64,000 nt of DNA from Heteronotia binoei. Its lineage: Eukaryota. How positions within the stretch are numbered: position 1 is the first letter of the stretch; every line of letters begins with the position of its first letter. The notes under the pieces were generated by a model. It ran no database searches. It saw only the letters and a list, made by a program, of their open reading frames with translations, and was not told the DNA's origin. Where the stretch lies: positions 62,001 to 126,000 of the forward strand of contig NW_026800309.1 in assembly GCF_032191835.1 (NCBI RefSeq). Reading direction: 5' to 3'. This document shows positions 22,222-34,869 of this stretch, in pieces. The position numbers and the translations under genes were made by a program.

Positions 22222-23820
22222 TGTGGCGGAACCGGCCCGATTCTGCCTTCAGACCCGGTCCCGTCAGCTCCCTATGGAGTCGCCAACTCCTGGAGGGAGC
22301 TATGTCTCCTCCTGCCCCTTGGGCTCGCTGCCACCACCTGCTCAGTCCCGGGGTTCAGATTGAGAGGAACAGGACTCCCAATCCCCCTCTCCTGCTATGA
22401 GGCTAGGCCTCAAGGTCCTCTGCCACCCTGCACTTGGGTTTCACAGAGACCTCAGCGCTTCTTTGGGGCACCCCTGGAGGATTGGCACCTTATCCAACTG
22501 CATGCCTTCCCCCTTCCCCGGGGCCCCCTTCTCAAAACAGCGTGGTCTAAAGCGGTCTGGGGATCTAGGTGGTACAGAGATTGATTGCCAGCATTTAAAC
22601 AGTAAAAATATTTATTTAAAAAGAGAAAAAGATAGGAAAAGGAAAACAAACCAAAAACAGTTGCCTTTAAAAAGTTAACACAGCCTAGTACAGCACAACA
22701 CAGCTCCCAGAGGTGGTCCTGGGAGACGGAGGAGTACATCTTAAAGACTAGACATTCCTTCTGAATGCAGCATGCAACGTTTTGTCCAGAAAGGACATGG
22801 GCACCTAGGGTGCTGGACTTTGTGTATTATTGGAGAAATACCTGAATGTTTGTGTAATATTTTGGTTAATGGGTTTCTCCTTGTTTGTTTGGATTCTGCT
22901 ACGGGGTCACCTCTGTAGGAGGCAACCCCTCCGGCTCAGAATTTAAGGAGGGGGACGTGTGGAGAAACGCCATCTGAGAGTGTTGGTGCTTCATCCAAAA
23001 AGGCAGGGATCAGTAAATCCATTCAGCAGGCTTTGTAGCCTTCCCCTCACTCCCCCCCTCCCTTCCAGAGCCAAACCAACAACGCTAGGGGGAAAGTCTC
23101 CTAGAGAGGCAGGAAGGGCTGTTGTTCTTGCCATGTGCTAGGCAGGAAGAGTTGCTCAGTTGGAAGCCAGCGCTCGAGCGAGCATGTGGTGAGCAATGGA
23201 GGCTCCTGCCGGGGAGGCCCCCCAGGCAGGCAGACTAAGTAAGTAATTCAAAAAGGGCAGAGTATGTTTAGATCAGGGCCAACCGGATGCGTTTATAATC
23301 AACTTTTCTTTGTTATGCTGTTTGCTGTGCTGGGCTTTGCTGTGCTGGGCTGTGCTGTGCTAATTTTGTAGATGCAACTGCTTTTGTTTTGGTGTTTTTC
23401 TTTTCCTATATTTTTCTCTTTTAAATAAATGTTTTTACTGTTTAAATGCTGGCAAATCAATCTCTGTACCACCTAGATCCCCAGACCGCTTTAGACCACG
23501 CTGTTTTTGAGAAGGGGGCCCCGGGGAAGGGGGAAGGCATGCAGTTGGATAAGGTGCCAATCCTCCAGGGGTGCCCCAAAGAAGCGCTGAGGTCTCTGTG
23601 AAACCCAAGTGCAGGGTGGCAGAGGACCTTGAGGCCTGGCCTCATAGCTGGAGAGGGGGATTGGGAGTCCTGTTCCTCTCAATCTGAACCCTGGGACTGA
23701 GCAGGTGGTGGCAGCGAGCCCAAGGGGCAGGAGGAGAAATAGCTCCCTCCAGGAGTTGGCGACTCAATAGGGAGCTGACGGGACCGGGTCTGAAGGCAGA
23801 ATCGGGCCGGTTCCGTCACA
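22222..23820. mobile_element. Rearranged LTR element: inverted partial LTR (22222-~22706) + internal 3' segment with PPT + complete LTR (22958-23820)
   Basis: TGT...ACA ends; GCCTG 5-bp TSD on both sides; PPT AAGGAGGGGGACG before 22958; LTR homologous to 59747-60596. Confidence 0.85.
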
Positions 23821-24540
23821 GCCTGATCCAACAGAGCTTCTCTTATGTTCTTATGTGACACAGAGTGTTGGACTGGAGGAGCCATTGGCCTGATCCAACA
23901 GGGCTTCTCTTATGTTCTTATGTGACACAGAGTGTTGGACTGGAGGGGCCATTGGCCTGATAATAATAATAATAATAATTTATTCTTATATCCCGCCCTC
24001 CCCCGCCAAAGGCTACATGATCCTACAGGGCTTCTCTTACATTCTTATGTAACACATTGCATGTGTATGTATCAAATAGAAGATGATTGTGCACAAACTT
24101 GGGGGTCTGTTTTGGATCCTCTGTTCTTGATAGAACCCTGTTTTGAACTGAGCCAGTAGAACCAGACTCTTCAGAGTCTTCCAGGTCTGTGGGAGTGGGC
24201 AGGCACTTCCTGAGCCAGTTTTCTCTTAAAGGAAACCTGTTCCTCATTGGCTGCTTCGGCCTCAGGGTATAGGCAGGGTTTATCTGTGCAAGGGAAGCAA
24301 CGGATGTGCGGTTCTCAGGTTAGAATGGGTGCAGCAAGTGTTGCTCTTCCAGCCCTTCCTGTGGTTGAAAAAGAAGATGCTCCAGCAGCGATGATCCTAA
24401 AACATGAACATGTTCACATGTCATAAGGATGATCATGATTCACTGTGTGATCTGCCTACTGGTCCCTTTGAACTCAAAACAGTAGGCTGGACATAGAAGT
24501 TTCTTTTCCAGGATCCAGAGTTTGGGTGAGAGATTCAAGT

Positions 24541-25855
24541 AGAATCCTGGAGTTGGAAGGGACCTCCAGGCCATCTAGTTCAACCCCTTGCACAATACAG
24601 GAAACCCACAAACACCTCCCCCTAAATTCACAGGATCCTCATTGCTGTCAGATGGCCATCTAGCCTCTGTTGAAACACCTCCAAGGAAGGAGAGCCCACC
24701 ACCTCCCAAGGAAGCCTGTTCCACTGAGGAACCGCTCTAAACTCACAAACACCTCCCCCTAAATTCACAGGATCCTCATTGCTGTCAGATGGCCATCTAG
24801 CTTCTGTTGAAAAACCTCCAAGGAAGGAGAGCCCACCACCTCCTGAGGAAGCCTGTTCATAGAATCCTAGAGTTGGAAGGGACCTCCAGGGTCATCTAGT
24901 CCAACCCCCTGCACAATGCAGGAAACCCACAAACCCCTCCCCCTAAATTCACAGGATCCTCATTGCTGTCAGATGGCCATCTAGCCTCTGTTGATAACCT
25001 CCAAGGAAGGAGAGCCCACCACCACCTGAAGAAGCCTGTTCATATGATCCTAGAGTTGGAAGGGACCTCCAGGGTCATCTAGTCCAACCCCCTGCACCAT
25101 GCAGGAAACCCACAAATACCTCCCCCTAAATTCACAGGATCTTCATTGCTGTCAGATGGCCATCTAGCCTCTCTTTAGAAACCTCCAAGGAACGAGAGCC
25201 CACCACCTCCCGAGGAAGCCTGTTCCACTGAGGAACCCCTCTAAACACACAAACCCCTCCCCTTAAATTCACAGAATCTTCATTGCTGTCAGATGGCCAT
25301 CTAGCCTCTGCTTAAAAACCCTCAAGGAAGGAGAATCCTAGAGTTGGAAGGGACCTCCAGGCCATCTAGTCCAACCCCTTGCACAATGCAGGAAACCCAC
25401 AAACACCTCCCCCTAAATTCACAGGATCCTCATTGCTGTCAGATGGCCATCTAGCCTCTGTTGAAAAACCTCCAAGGAAGTAGAGCCCACCACCTCCTGA
25501 GGAAGCCTGTTCATAGAATCCTAGAGTTGGAAGGGACCTCCAGGGTCATCTAGTCCAACCCCTTGCACAATGCAGGAAACTCACAAACACCTCCCCCTAA
25601 ATTCACAGGATCCTCATTGCTGTCAGATGGCCATCTATCCTCTGTTGATAACCTCCAAGGAAGGAGAGCCCACCACCACCTGAAGAAGCCTGTTCATATG
25701 ATCCTAGAGTTGGAAGGGACCTCCAGGGTCATCTAGTCCAACTCCCCGCACCATGCAGGAAACCCACAAATCCCTCCCCCTAAATTCACAGGATTTGCAT
25801 TGCTTTCAGATGGTCATCCAGCCTCCTTGAAAAACCTTCAAGGAAGGAGAGCCCA
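24541..25855 (-). repeat. ~180-bp tandem array of another CR1 family 3' end
   Basis: Repeated AGAATCCTAGAGTTGGAAGGGACCTCCAGGGTCATCTAGTCCAACC... Confidence 0.9.
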
Positions 25856-26209
25856 TATTTTTCTCAAAACATTTTTTTGGGGGGGGGGGCGGAGGGAGAG
25901 GCAGTACAAAGCTTCCTAAAGGTTAGGGAACACTTTCTTAACCATTATGTCCAAATGGCAAACCTGGAGTGCGTGGGATGGCCTCACAAAGAAGTGAAGC
26001 TTAACTGAGGGCAGCTAGAGGTCCTCCATCCACCACAATACCTTTGAAGCCTGTGAGTTGTCTTCGCAGAGGCTGTTCTGCAGGCAGGATGGTGCTGTCC
26101 CAGCAGGGAGGCTCTTATGGTCTCAGATGGGGCATGAGAGAGGCTTTTGCCAGTTCCCCTCCCACGTGGTAAGAGGCTGCCAAGTTCCCCTTCCCAGCAG
26201 AATAAAAAC

Positions 26210-26810
26210 ATCAGCAGAACACTGCCAAGTCAGACCAGGGAGGGTCCATGTAGTCCAGCCTCCTGTCTCACACAGGGGCCAGCCAGTTCTTATAGAGGGC
26301 CAACAACAGGGCAGAGAGGCCGAGGCCCTCATAAGAACATCAGAAGAGCCCTGCTGGGTCAGACCAGGGAGGGTCCATGTAGTCCAGCCTCCTGTCTCAC
26401 ACAGCGGCCAGCCAGTTCCTCTGGAGGGCCAGCAACAGGGCAGAGAGGCCGAGGCCTTCCCCTGAGAAGAACATCAGAAGAGCCCTGCTGGGTCAGACCA
26501 GGGAGGGTCCATGTATTTCAGCCTCCTGTCCCACACAGTGGCCACCCAGTCCCTCTGGAGGGCCAACAACAGGGCAGAGAGGCTGAGGCCTTCCCCTGAG
26601 AAGAACCTCAGAAGAGCCCTGCTGGATCAGACCAGGGAGGGTCCATCTAGTCCAGCCTCCTGCCTCACACAGTGGCCAGCCAGTTCCTCTGGAGGGCCAA
26701 CAACAGGGCAGAGAGGCCGAGGCCTTCCCCTGAGAAGAACATCAGAAGAGCCCTGCTGGGTCAGACCAGGGAGGGTCCATGTAATCCAGCCTCCTGTCTC
26801 ACACAGAGGA
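26210..26810 (-). repeat. 134-bp tandem CR1 3'-end units (~4.5)
   Basis: Repeated GAAGAACATCAGAAGAGCCCTGCTGGGTCAGACCAGGGAGGGTCC... Confidence 0.85.
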
Positions 26811-27269
26811 ACTGGGTGGCCAACAACAGAAATTGCAAGGCTCTCATTTGTTGTCAATAGCATTTTGTTGATTTTTTGAAGGGGAAAAGGAAAATGAAGG
26901 GGAAAAATGATTTCAGTATACTATGATTTCTATTCTATCTTACACAATATTTTCACTTGAAATTCCACAAGTCATTATTAAATCACTTATTCTATTACTT
27001 CATCGTTATTAATCATCACTTATTCTATTACTTCATCGTTATTAATCATCAATATGCCAGTGTCTACACCACCATCTCCTCTCATTTTTTTCATATGAAT
27101 ATTACTCCCCAAAAGTTAGACACGTTTCAATGTATTAGCCTTTCAGATGCCATGAGACCTTTGCGCTTACTGCAGGAGACAAGGGCTTGCTATGAAGAGG
27201 CCAGTTTCAGACAGAAGCTGCGTTGGTCTGCAGTAGTGAGTCCAGCAGCAGACTCACAAAGCTGCCTTC

Positions 27270-27596
27270 TAGAGCCAATTTGGTGTAGGGAACCAGGTTT
27301 GATCCCCCACTCCTCCACTTGCACCTGCTGGCCTTGGGTCAGCCATAGCTTTCGTAGGAGTTGTCCTTGAAAGGGCAGCTTCTGTCAGAGCTCTCTCAAC
27401 CCCACCCACCTCACAGGGTGTCTGTTGTGGGGGAGGAAGGGAAAGGAGATTGTAAGCCGCTCTGAGATTCAGAGTGTAGGGTGGGGTATAAATCCAATAT
27501 CATCATCTTATCTGGGAGATTCCCCACTCCTCCACTTGCACCTGCTGGAATAGCCTTGGGTCAGCCATAGCTCTGGCAGAGGTTGTCCTTGAAAGA
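27270..27596 (+). mobile_element. Squam3-like SINE plus partial second copy
   Basis: AGAGCCAATTTGGTGTAG...GATCCCCCACTCCTCCACTTGCACCTGCTGG. Confidence 0.75.
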
Positions 27597-28603
27597 GTAT
27601 CCCTACAAGAAATTAGAAGAGCCCTCCATCCCAAGAGACCATCCACATCAAATCCCGCGCCACACACAAATGTGGGTACAGCCTTCCTGCCTTACATAAA
27701 ATCTCACCGACCGCATTGGCAAAATTCTCAAACGCCACAATGTGGACACAATCTTCAAGCCCACACAACAGATCTGCCACTTGCTGCGCTCGGCCAAAGG
27801 TATGAGAGATCCACTTTCAACCCCTGAAGTCTACAAAATACCCTGCTCCTGTGGTGCAGTCTATGTTGGCACTACCCAACACAGTATCAACACCCGCCTC
27901 ACCGAACACAAGAGACACTGTCGCTTGTTTCAGCCAGAAAAATCAGCTGTCGCTGAACATACACTTCAAGAAGGAGACCACGTCATCCACTTTGAAAGAA
28001 CTGAAGTCCTTTCTACGGTCTCACATTATCACACCCGCCTGAACAGAGAAGCTATTGAGATTTACAAACACCAGCACAACTTTAACAGAAAGGAAGAAGG
28101 CATTTCCATCCACCATTCTTGGTATCCAGCTCTGCAAAACACCCTACAGACTATAAATTGCAGAAATTCACAGAACAACCAGCACATTCAACAGAACAAT
28201 CAGCACAGTCAACAACCATCTTCCTTATCTTCACACCCCTTCCAACCCTCCCAGCAATTAACACAGAACAATGGTCACATTCAACAGCCAGTTTCCTTAT
28301 CACTACCCTTCCAGGAAGCCCCACCAAACAATGGGCACATCCACAAACCTATTTCCCTTTCATCACACCCCCTCCAGCCTAGAAATAGCAGCTCTCCAGC
28401 AGCCCTGGCCCCACTCAATGCACAGCAGCCAAGAAGGTCAGAGCGCCTGCTCCGGCTGCAACGCCACTGAGGATGTTCTCCGCAGCTGAGAACGAAATGT
28501 CTGGAAGAAAAACTTTCTCCAGTAGAACATGGCACTTGAGCCCGAAAGATTCTACAAACCCTAATGATGTTACCAGCCGTGAAAACCTGAAATCTTTGAA
28601 AAC
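27597..28603 (+). mobile_element. Penelope-like element (Poseidon-like), 5'-truncated; GIY-YIG endonuclease ORF 27742-28470
   Basis: VYKIPCSCGAVYVGTTQHSINTRLTEH...SAVAEH...REAIEIYKHQHNFNRKEEG. Confidence 0.92.
28464..28504 (+). ncRNA. Minimal type I hammerhead ribozyme motif in the PLE 3' region
   Basis: cca-CTGAGGA-t-GTTCTC(cgcagct)GAGAAC-GAAA-tgt-C-tgg. Confidence 0.75.
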
Positions 28604-29835
28604 ATAGCTACCTTCTGAAACTACTTTCTAGAACTCTCCTTCTGAAACGGATCAGAACCACTGCAAAGCTGTACTGTTGGCTCCTAATCCACATTAGACA
28701 ACTGGCGTGGAAACCCACACAGACAACGTGTTAATAAAGCTACTGGCAAATTTAGCTCTATTTTAATTGGACTGGAAGCGTCTACAGAAGAAACAAGGGC
28801 CAAGATCTAAGCTACGGTTCCTCAAAGAAGTACTTGTGTTGTAGGGATATTGCGCTTAACCATTCTTTGCTGCTTTAAGTTTTGATTGTTAAAAATGCTG
28901 TTTGCCGTTTCCTGCTCCCTCAGGGCTGGCATGTTCACTTTCTTTGATTTGAATTTAAAAATAAAAGCGGCAGAGGACCCTTCATTCAGCCACTTCCAAC
29001 CATCGCACACCGCTGAGAGGCTGTGCAACTCACATTATAACCTGAAGCAAATAATGCGCCGTGGGGGGAAACAATGCTCGCCTACTCTCCAAGGGCCCCA
29101 GGTGGCCTGACAGCTGCCTGCCTCAAAAGACTGCCTGGGGAAATGCCCCAGAGGGATTCCCAATAGAGCAGAGTTCCTTTTAGTACAGTACAAATACTTC
29201 TAGACTCATGGCTGCAACCTCCATGCCAAGGGAACCCCATAGAGACAGAGGGAGGGAGGGAGGGATTCTGCTGCGCCAATGAGCCTTGGCAAGCCCTGTG
29301 CTTTTCTCTCCTCCCTTGGAGCAGCCAGGTAGGTGAACACGCTGAAGATGCTCTGTTGAGGGTGTCTATGTGGGGTTGGCCAGCAATTCCTGCACTCCGT
29401 AGCCAACAGAACCAACGCAGCTCATCGCCCACTTCAGAGGCCTTCCAGAGATCTCAATGCCCCTCATCTGGAACTGACTGCTGGACAGGCAGATTCCAAC
29501 CAACTGCAGGGCCCCAAGTTGACCCTCTGAGACCTGAGGAAGACCAGAGCAGGAGAAGAAGACAGGGAGGCTGGAATTCAAGTGCCAAAAGCAGCACCTG
29601 CAGTTTTTCCTTGCAGGACCCAGGTAATTTCACAGCAAAGAAAGCTCTTTAGATCTGCTCCCTTTAACCGTCGTTGCTGAGCTGTACACTAAACGTTTCT
29701 TCAGATTCTTTCACACAGTAAGAGAATTTGTACATGGCACCAAAACAGGGCAAGAGGTGGGCAAGCTGAAGTTGGTTGCCTAGCTTGTTTTCAAGCATGA
29801 GACTTAGTATTAGAGTCAGATACAAGTGGAACACT

Positions 29836-30440
29836 TAAGGAAAGGAAAGGTCCCCTGTGCAAGCACCAGTCGTTTCCGACTCTGGGGTGACGTTGCTTCA
29901 CAATATTTTTACGGCAGACTTTTTACGGGGTGGTTTGCCATTGCCTTCCCCAGTCATCTACACTTTCCCCCCAGCAAGCTGGGGACTCATTTTACCCACC
30001 TTGGAAGGATGGAAGGCTGAGTCAACCCTGAGCCAGCTACCTGAACCAGCTTCTGCTGGGATCGAATGCCGGTTGTGAGCAGAGGGCTCCGACTGCAGTA
30101 CTGCAGCTTTACCACTCTGTGCCACAGGGCTCCTTCAGTGTAGATAGGAAAGGAAAGGTCCCCTGTGCAAGCACAGTCGTTTCTGACTCTGGGGTGACGT
30201 TGTTTTCACAACTTTTTAATGGCAGACTTTTTACGGGGTGGTTTGCCATTGCCTTCCCCAGTCATCTACGCTTCCCCCCCAGCAAGCTGGGGACTCATTT
30301 TACTGACCACGGAAGGCTGGAAGGCTGAGTCAGCCTTGGGCCGGCTACCTGAACCAGCTTTCTCTGGGATAGAACTCAGGTCGTGAGCAGAGAGTTCAGA
30401 CCACAGTACTGCTGCTTTACCTCTCTGTGCCACGGGGCCG
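29836..30440 (-). mobile_element. Two tandem Sauria-type SINEs
   Basis: tRNA-like head GGAGCCCTGTGGCACAGAGTGGTAAAGCTGCAGTACTGCAG, BovB-like GGCAATGGCAAACCACCCCG, and (ACCTTT)-like tail. Confidence 0.85.
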
Positions 30441-31304
30441 CTAACGGTCTAATGGTCAGGAACACTTAAACGTTGGCTCTGATGGTCATTTGAATACAAA
30501 TGCCTCCTCTCCGCTTTCAGCATCTGCCGTAACAACAATTGGAATGTAACTCAAAGTCAATTTCATATACGCACCTGGCCAAGGAGACCTGGGGTGGGAG
30601 GGTGGGGCAGTGTGCACACAGATTGCAACTCATGCACATAGAAGGGGAACGCAAAGCCCCCCAAAGATTTCCCAAAATAAGATTTGCCCTGGAGCAGTGG
30701 GACAGAGGCAGTTTTCCACACAGACATTGTGTTCCACTTTGCTTCCCAAATTATTTTTCACCAGAATGTCCAGAGTACACTAGTGTGCAGTTGTGAACAT
30801 ATGAAGCTGCCTTATACTGAATCAGACCTTTGGTCCATCTAAGTCAGTATTATCTTCTCAGACTGGCAGCTGCTCTCCAGGGTCCCAAGCTGAGGTTTTT
30901 CACACCTATTTGCCTGGACCCTTTTTTGGAGATGCCAGGGATTGAACCTGGGACCTTCTGCTTCCAAGAAGATGCTCTACCACTGAGCCCACCGTCCCTC
31001 CCCTTTTGTGCACCTTCTCGTTTTCGCCCTGCTCTGCTGTGATTTCTCCTAGGCTTGCTATGGTGTGATCTTTCCAGAAAAGACTGTCGTCAGAGTGGGT
31101 TTGCCCACTATGTGGGTGAGAAAGTGCAGATTTACTGCACAGTGATATGGCTAGAATGTTTTTTTCCCCCTTTAAGAAGCCAGCTAAAGGTCTTCTGACA
31201 GGACAGGGGTGGGGTGGGAGAGAAATGGCAAGCATCTAAATTGATTTATTTAAAATACTGATGCCATGCCTTATCTATCTATTGATGCCATCTCCTTACC
31301 TCAT

Positions 31305-31518
31305 ACATAAGAACATAAGAGAAGCCATGTTGGATCAGGCCAATGACCCATCCAGTCCAACACTCTGTGTCACATAAGAACATAAGAGAAGCCCTGCTGG
31401 ATCAGGCCAGTGGCCCCTCCAGTCCAACACTTTGTGTCACATAAGAGAAGCCCTCTTGGATCAGGCCAATGACCTATCCAGTCCAACACTCTGTGTCACA
31501 CAGTGGCCAATATATGTG

Positions 31519-31554
<36 letters not shown>

Positions 31555-32190
31555 CTGTGGCTAATAGCCACTGATGGACCTGTGCTCCATATTTTTATCT
31601 AAACCCTTCTTGAAGGTGGCTATACTTGTAGTTGCCACCACCTCCTGTGGCAGTGAATTCCACATGTTAATCACCCTTTGGGTGAAGAAGTACTTCCTTT
31701 TATCCGTTTTAACCTGTCTGCTCAGCAATTTCATCGAATGCCCACGCGTTCTTGTATTGTGAGAAAGGGAGAAAAGTACTTCTTTCTCTACTTTCTCCAT
31801 CCCATGCATTATCTTGTAAACCTCTATCATGTCACCCCGCAGCCGACGTTTCTTCAGCTAAAGAGCCCCGAGCGTTTCAACCTTTCTTCATAGGGAAAGT
31901 GTTCCAGCCCTTTAATCATTCTAGTTGCCCTTCTCTGGACTTTCTCCAATGCTATAATATCCTTTTTGAGGTGCGGCGACCAGAACTGCACACAGTACTC
32001 CAAATGAGACCGCACCATCGATTTATACAGGGGCATTATGATACTGGCTGATTTGTTTTCAATTCCCTTCCTAATAATTTCCAGCATGGCGTTGGCCTTT
32101 TTTATTGCAATCACACACTGTCTTGACATTTTCAGTGAATTATCTACCACGACCCCAAGATCTCTCTCTTGGTCAGCCTCTGCCAGTTCA
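31305..32190 (-). mobile_element. CR1, 5'-truncated, with ~3 duplicated 67-bp terminal units
   Basis: QERDLGVVVDNSLKMSRQC...LEYCVQFWSPHLKKDIIALEKVQRRATRM. Confidence 0.92.
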
Positions 32191-33296
32191 CAAATGAAAG
32201 GCAAAGACTCATGGCTGTGAATTACTGGTGAACGCAAAAAAAAAATTGTGCAGGTTCCAGCTTGTGGCCCATTAATCAGAATTTTGGGGCACAGCTTTTG
32301 CTTCCATCAACAGCCTCTGAAGAAGGACGCTGGCTTCCATTGTGAAAAATGAAATGGTTGTGGTGGAACGAACAGGACTTTGTTTGTCCCTGCTAACAGC
32401 GGGACTTTATCGGGTCAAAGATTTTATATACAAAGTTTGTGTGTTTGCAACGCGTGTAGAATTGCTGAGATATCACATTTATAAATGTTGTATATTTGCA
32501 CACAAAAAAATTGAGTTTGCCAGTAATTCACAGCTGTGAGTCTTTGCCTTTTGTTTGTATAATTTTCACACAACTTCCTCGAGTTTGTTGATCTCCTTAT
32601 CTCGTGGCAGCTGCTCGGGCAGGAAGGGATTCTGAGGGAAGCAGAAAAATACTCCTGTGTATGCTCCATCACCCCTGCAAATGCCTCTGGATTTGCAGTG
32701 CTAATAGGTACAAGCAGGGGATTGTCACCATGTGGCTGCAGCCACAGTTAGATCCAGAAGAACTCTAAGAGCCTAAGAGAAGCCACGTTGGATCAGGCCA
32801 TTGCCCCCTCCAGCCCAACAGTGCTGGCAGTGACACTCGCAGGCATGCGAAATAATGCCGTTTCGACTTCAGTGACTGTTTGCAAGTGGATTCAGGCAAC
32901 CGTGTTAGTCTGAAGAAGCAGAACAAAGCAGCAGTACATGGCCCCTTTAAGACTAACAAAAGTTGTATTCACTGTATGAGTTTTTGTGTGCATGTGTGTG
33001 TATCACACAAAGCGTGTGCGTGTACATGTATGCAAGTGGATTTTGCTATTTCACATGGTAAAATCCAGTTGCAAAGTTCATTAAAAGTGGATTGAAAGTG
33101 CATTATGTGGCCATTTCCCCACCAGCCTGCTGCCGCCCTCACACTCCTCTTCTCCGTGGGGCTTTGTCAGATTTCACATTATCTGCCCCGGGGCTGCCAC
33201 TCGCTCCGCCTCTTTCATGCGGCAAACAAGATCCTCTAAAACCAGTTTCTGTTTGCTGCGTGAAAAAGGCGAAGCGAGTTGCAGCCCCAGGGCAGA

Positions 33297-34212
33297 TAGA
33301 ATCATAGAGCTGGAAGGGACCTCCAGGGTCATCTAGTCCAACCCCTGCACAATGCAGGAAACTCACAAACACCTCCCCCTCAATTCACAGGATCCTCATT
33401 GCTCTCAGATGGCCCTCTAGCCTCTGTTGAAAAACCTCCAAGGAAGAAGAGCCCACCACCTCCCGAGGAGGAAGCCTGTTCCAACGAGGAATCACTCTAA
33501 CGGTCAGGAAGTTCTTCCTAATGTTGATCCGGAAACTCTTTTGATTTAATTTCAACCCATTGGTTCTAGTCCTACCTTCTGGGGCCACAGAAAAGAATTC
33601 CACACCATCCTCTATAGGACAGCCCTTCAAGGACTTGAAGATGGTAATCCTATCACCTCTCAGCTGCCTCGTCTCCAGGCTAAACATCCCCAGCTCCTTC
33701 AACCTTTCCTCATAGGATGGTCTCCAGACCCCTCACCGTCTTTGTCGCCCTCCTCTGGACCTGTTCCAGCTTGTCTAGATCCTTCTTAAAATGTGGTGCC
33801 CAAAACTGAACACAAGACTCCAGGTGAGGTCTTACCAGAGCAGAGTAAAGCGATACCATCACATCATGTGATCTGGACACTAGACTTTTGTTGATACAGC
33901 CCAAAATTGCATTTGCCTTTTTAGCCACCGCATCACACTGTTGACTCATGTTCAGCATATGATCCGCTAAGACCCCGAGATCCTTTTCGCACAGACTACT
34001 GCTAAGACAAGTCTCCCCCATTCTGTAACCGTGCATTGGATTTTTCCTACCTAAATGCAGAACTTTACATTTATCCCTGTTAAAATTCATTTTATTGGTT
34101 TTAGCCCAGTTTTCCAGCCTGTCAAGGTCATCCTGTATCCTTTCTGTCTTCTTCTGTGTTCGCAACCCCTCCCAATTTAGTATCATCTGCAAATGTAATA
34201 AGCATTCCCTCT
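33297..34212 (-). mobile_element. CR1 RT 3' fragment
   Basis: FADDTKLGG...IQDDLDRLENWAKTNKMNFNRDKCKVLHLG...LESCVQFWAPHFKKD. Confidence 0.92.
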
Positions 34213-34869
34213 AGTGAGAAATCTAGTGAGATAGTGAGAAATCCGACGGAAGCCCCGTGGAAAAGAGGAGCATGAGAGAGGCATAAGGCTAGTGGGGAAT
34301 CGGTCTGCATCACACAGTGGCCAGAACGCAGGTGCCACCAAAATGTCCACCAGTAAGGCCAGATGAGCTTACTTGCCTGTTGTGGAATTCTGTGGGCTGC
34401 AGCCATAGCAAAGTGGGTCCCACAGTGGGACTGGTCAGGCCTCTCTTGTCGCTCAAAACTGTGTTTTGCACAGCCCATTCAACTTGGAAATCTTCTACTT
34501 GTAATTTTTTTCCCTCTAACCCACTTTGAAATCTGGGCACTTGTTCCAGCAGGGGCTTGGTAAAGATACACAGGAGAAGGGGTGGGTGGAAGAACTGTGG
34601 GGAGTGAAGGCCCTAGGACTGAAGCTGAGGGTTCCGGCAAGATGCTGGCTGAGCCAGGGACACAACTGCTGCTCCTTTGGTTTATGAATTGCTGTGTGGT
34701 TCATGCCGGATGGAAAGGAGCTACAGCCTCCAGGAGCACAATTAAAAAGGTAAAGGGCAAGCACGAGTCACAATTACCTGACAGGAATCGCTACAAAAAG
34801 GAAAGGTGCTGACTTCTTTGTAAATATGCACAGCATTGAGAAGTGCCCCCCAAAAGAGCATCTGATTGT

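Noticed and set aside
28555-28600. Second hammerhead in the Penelope tail (CTAATGATG...GTGAAAA)
   Set aside because: Core is mutated and stems I/III cannot be built
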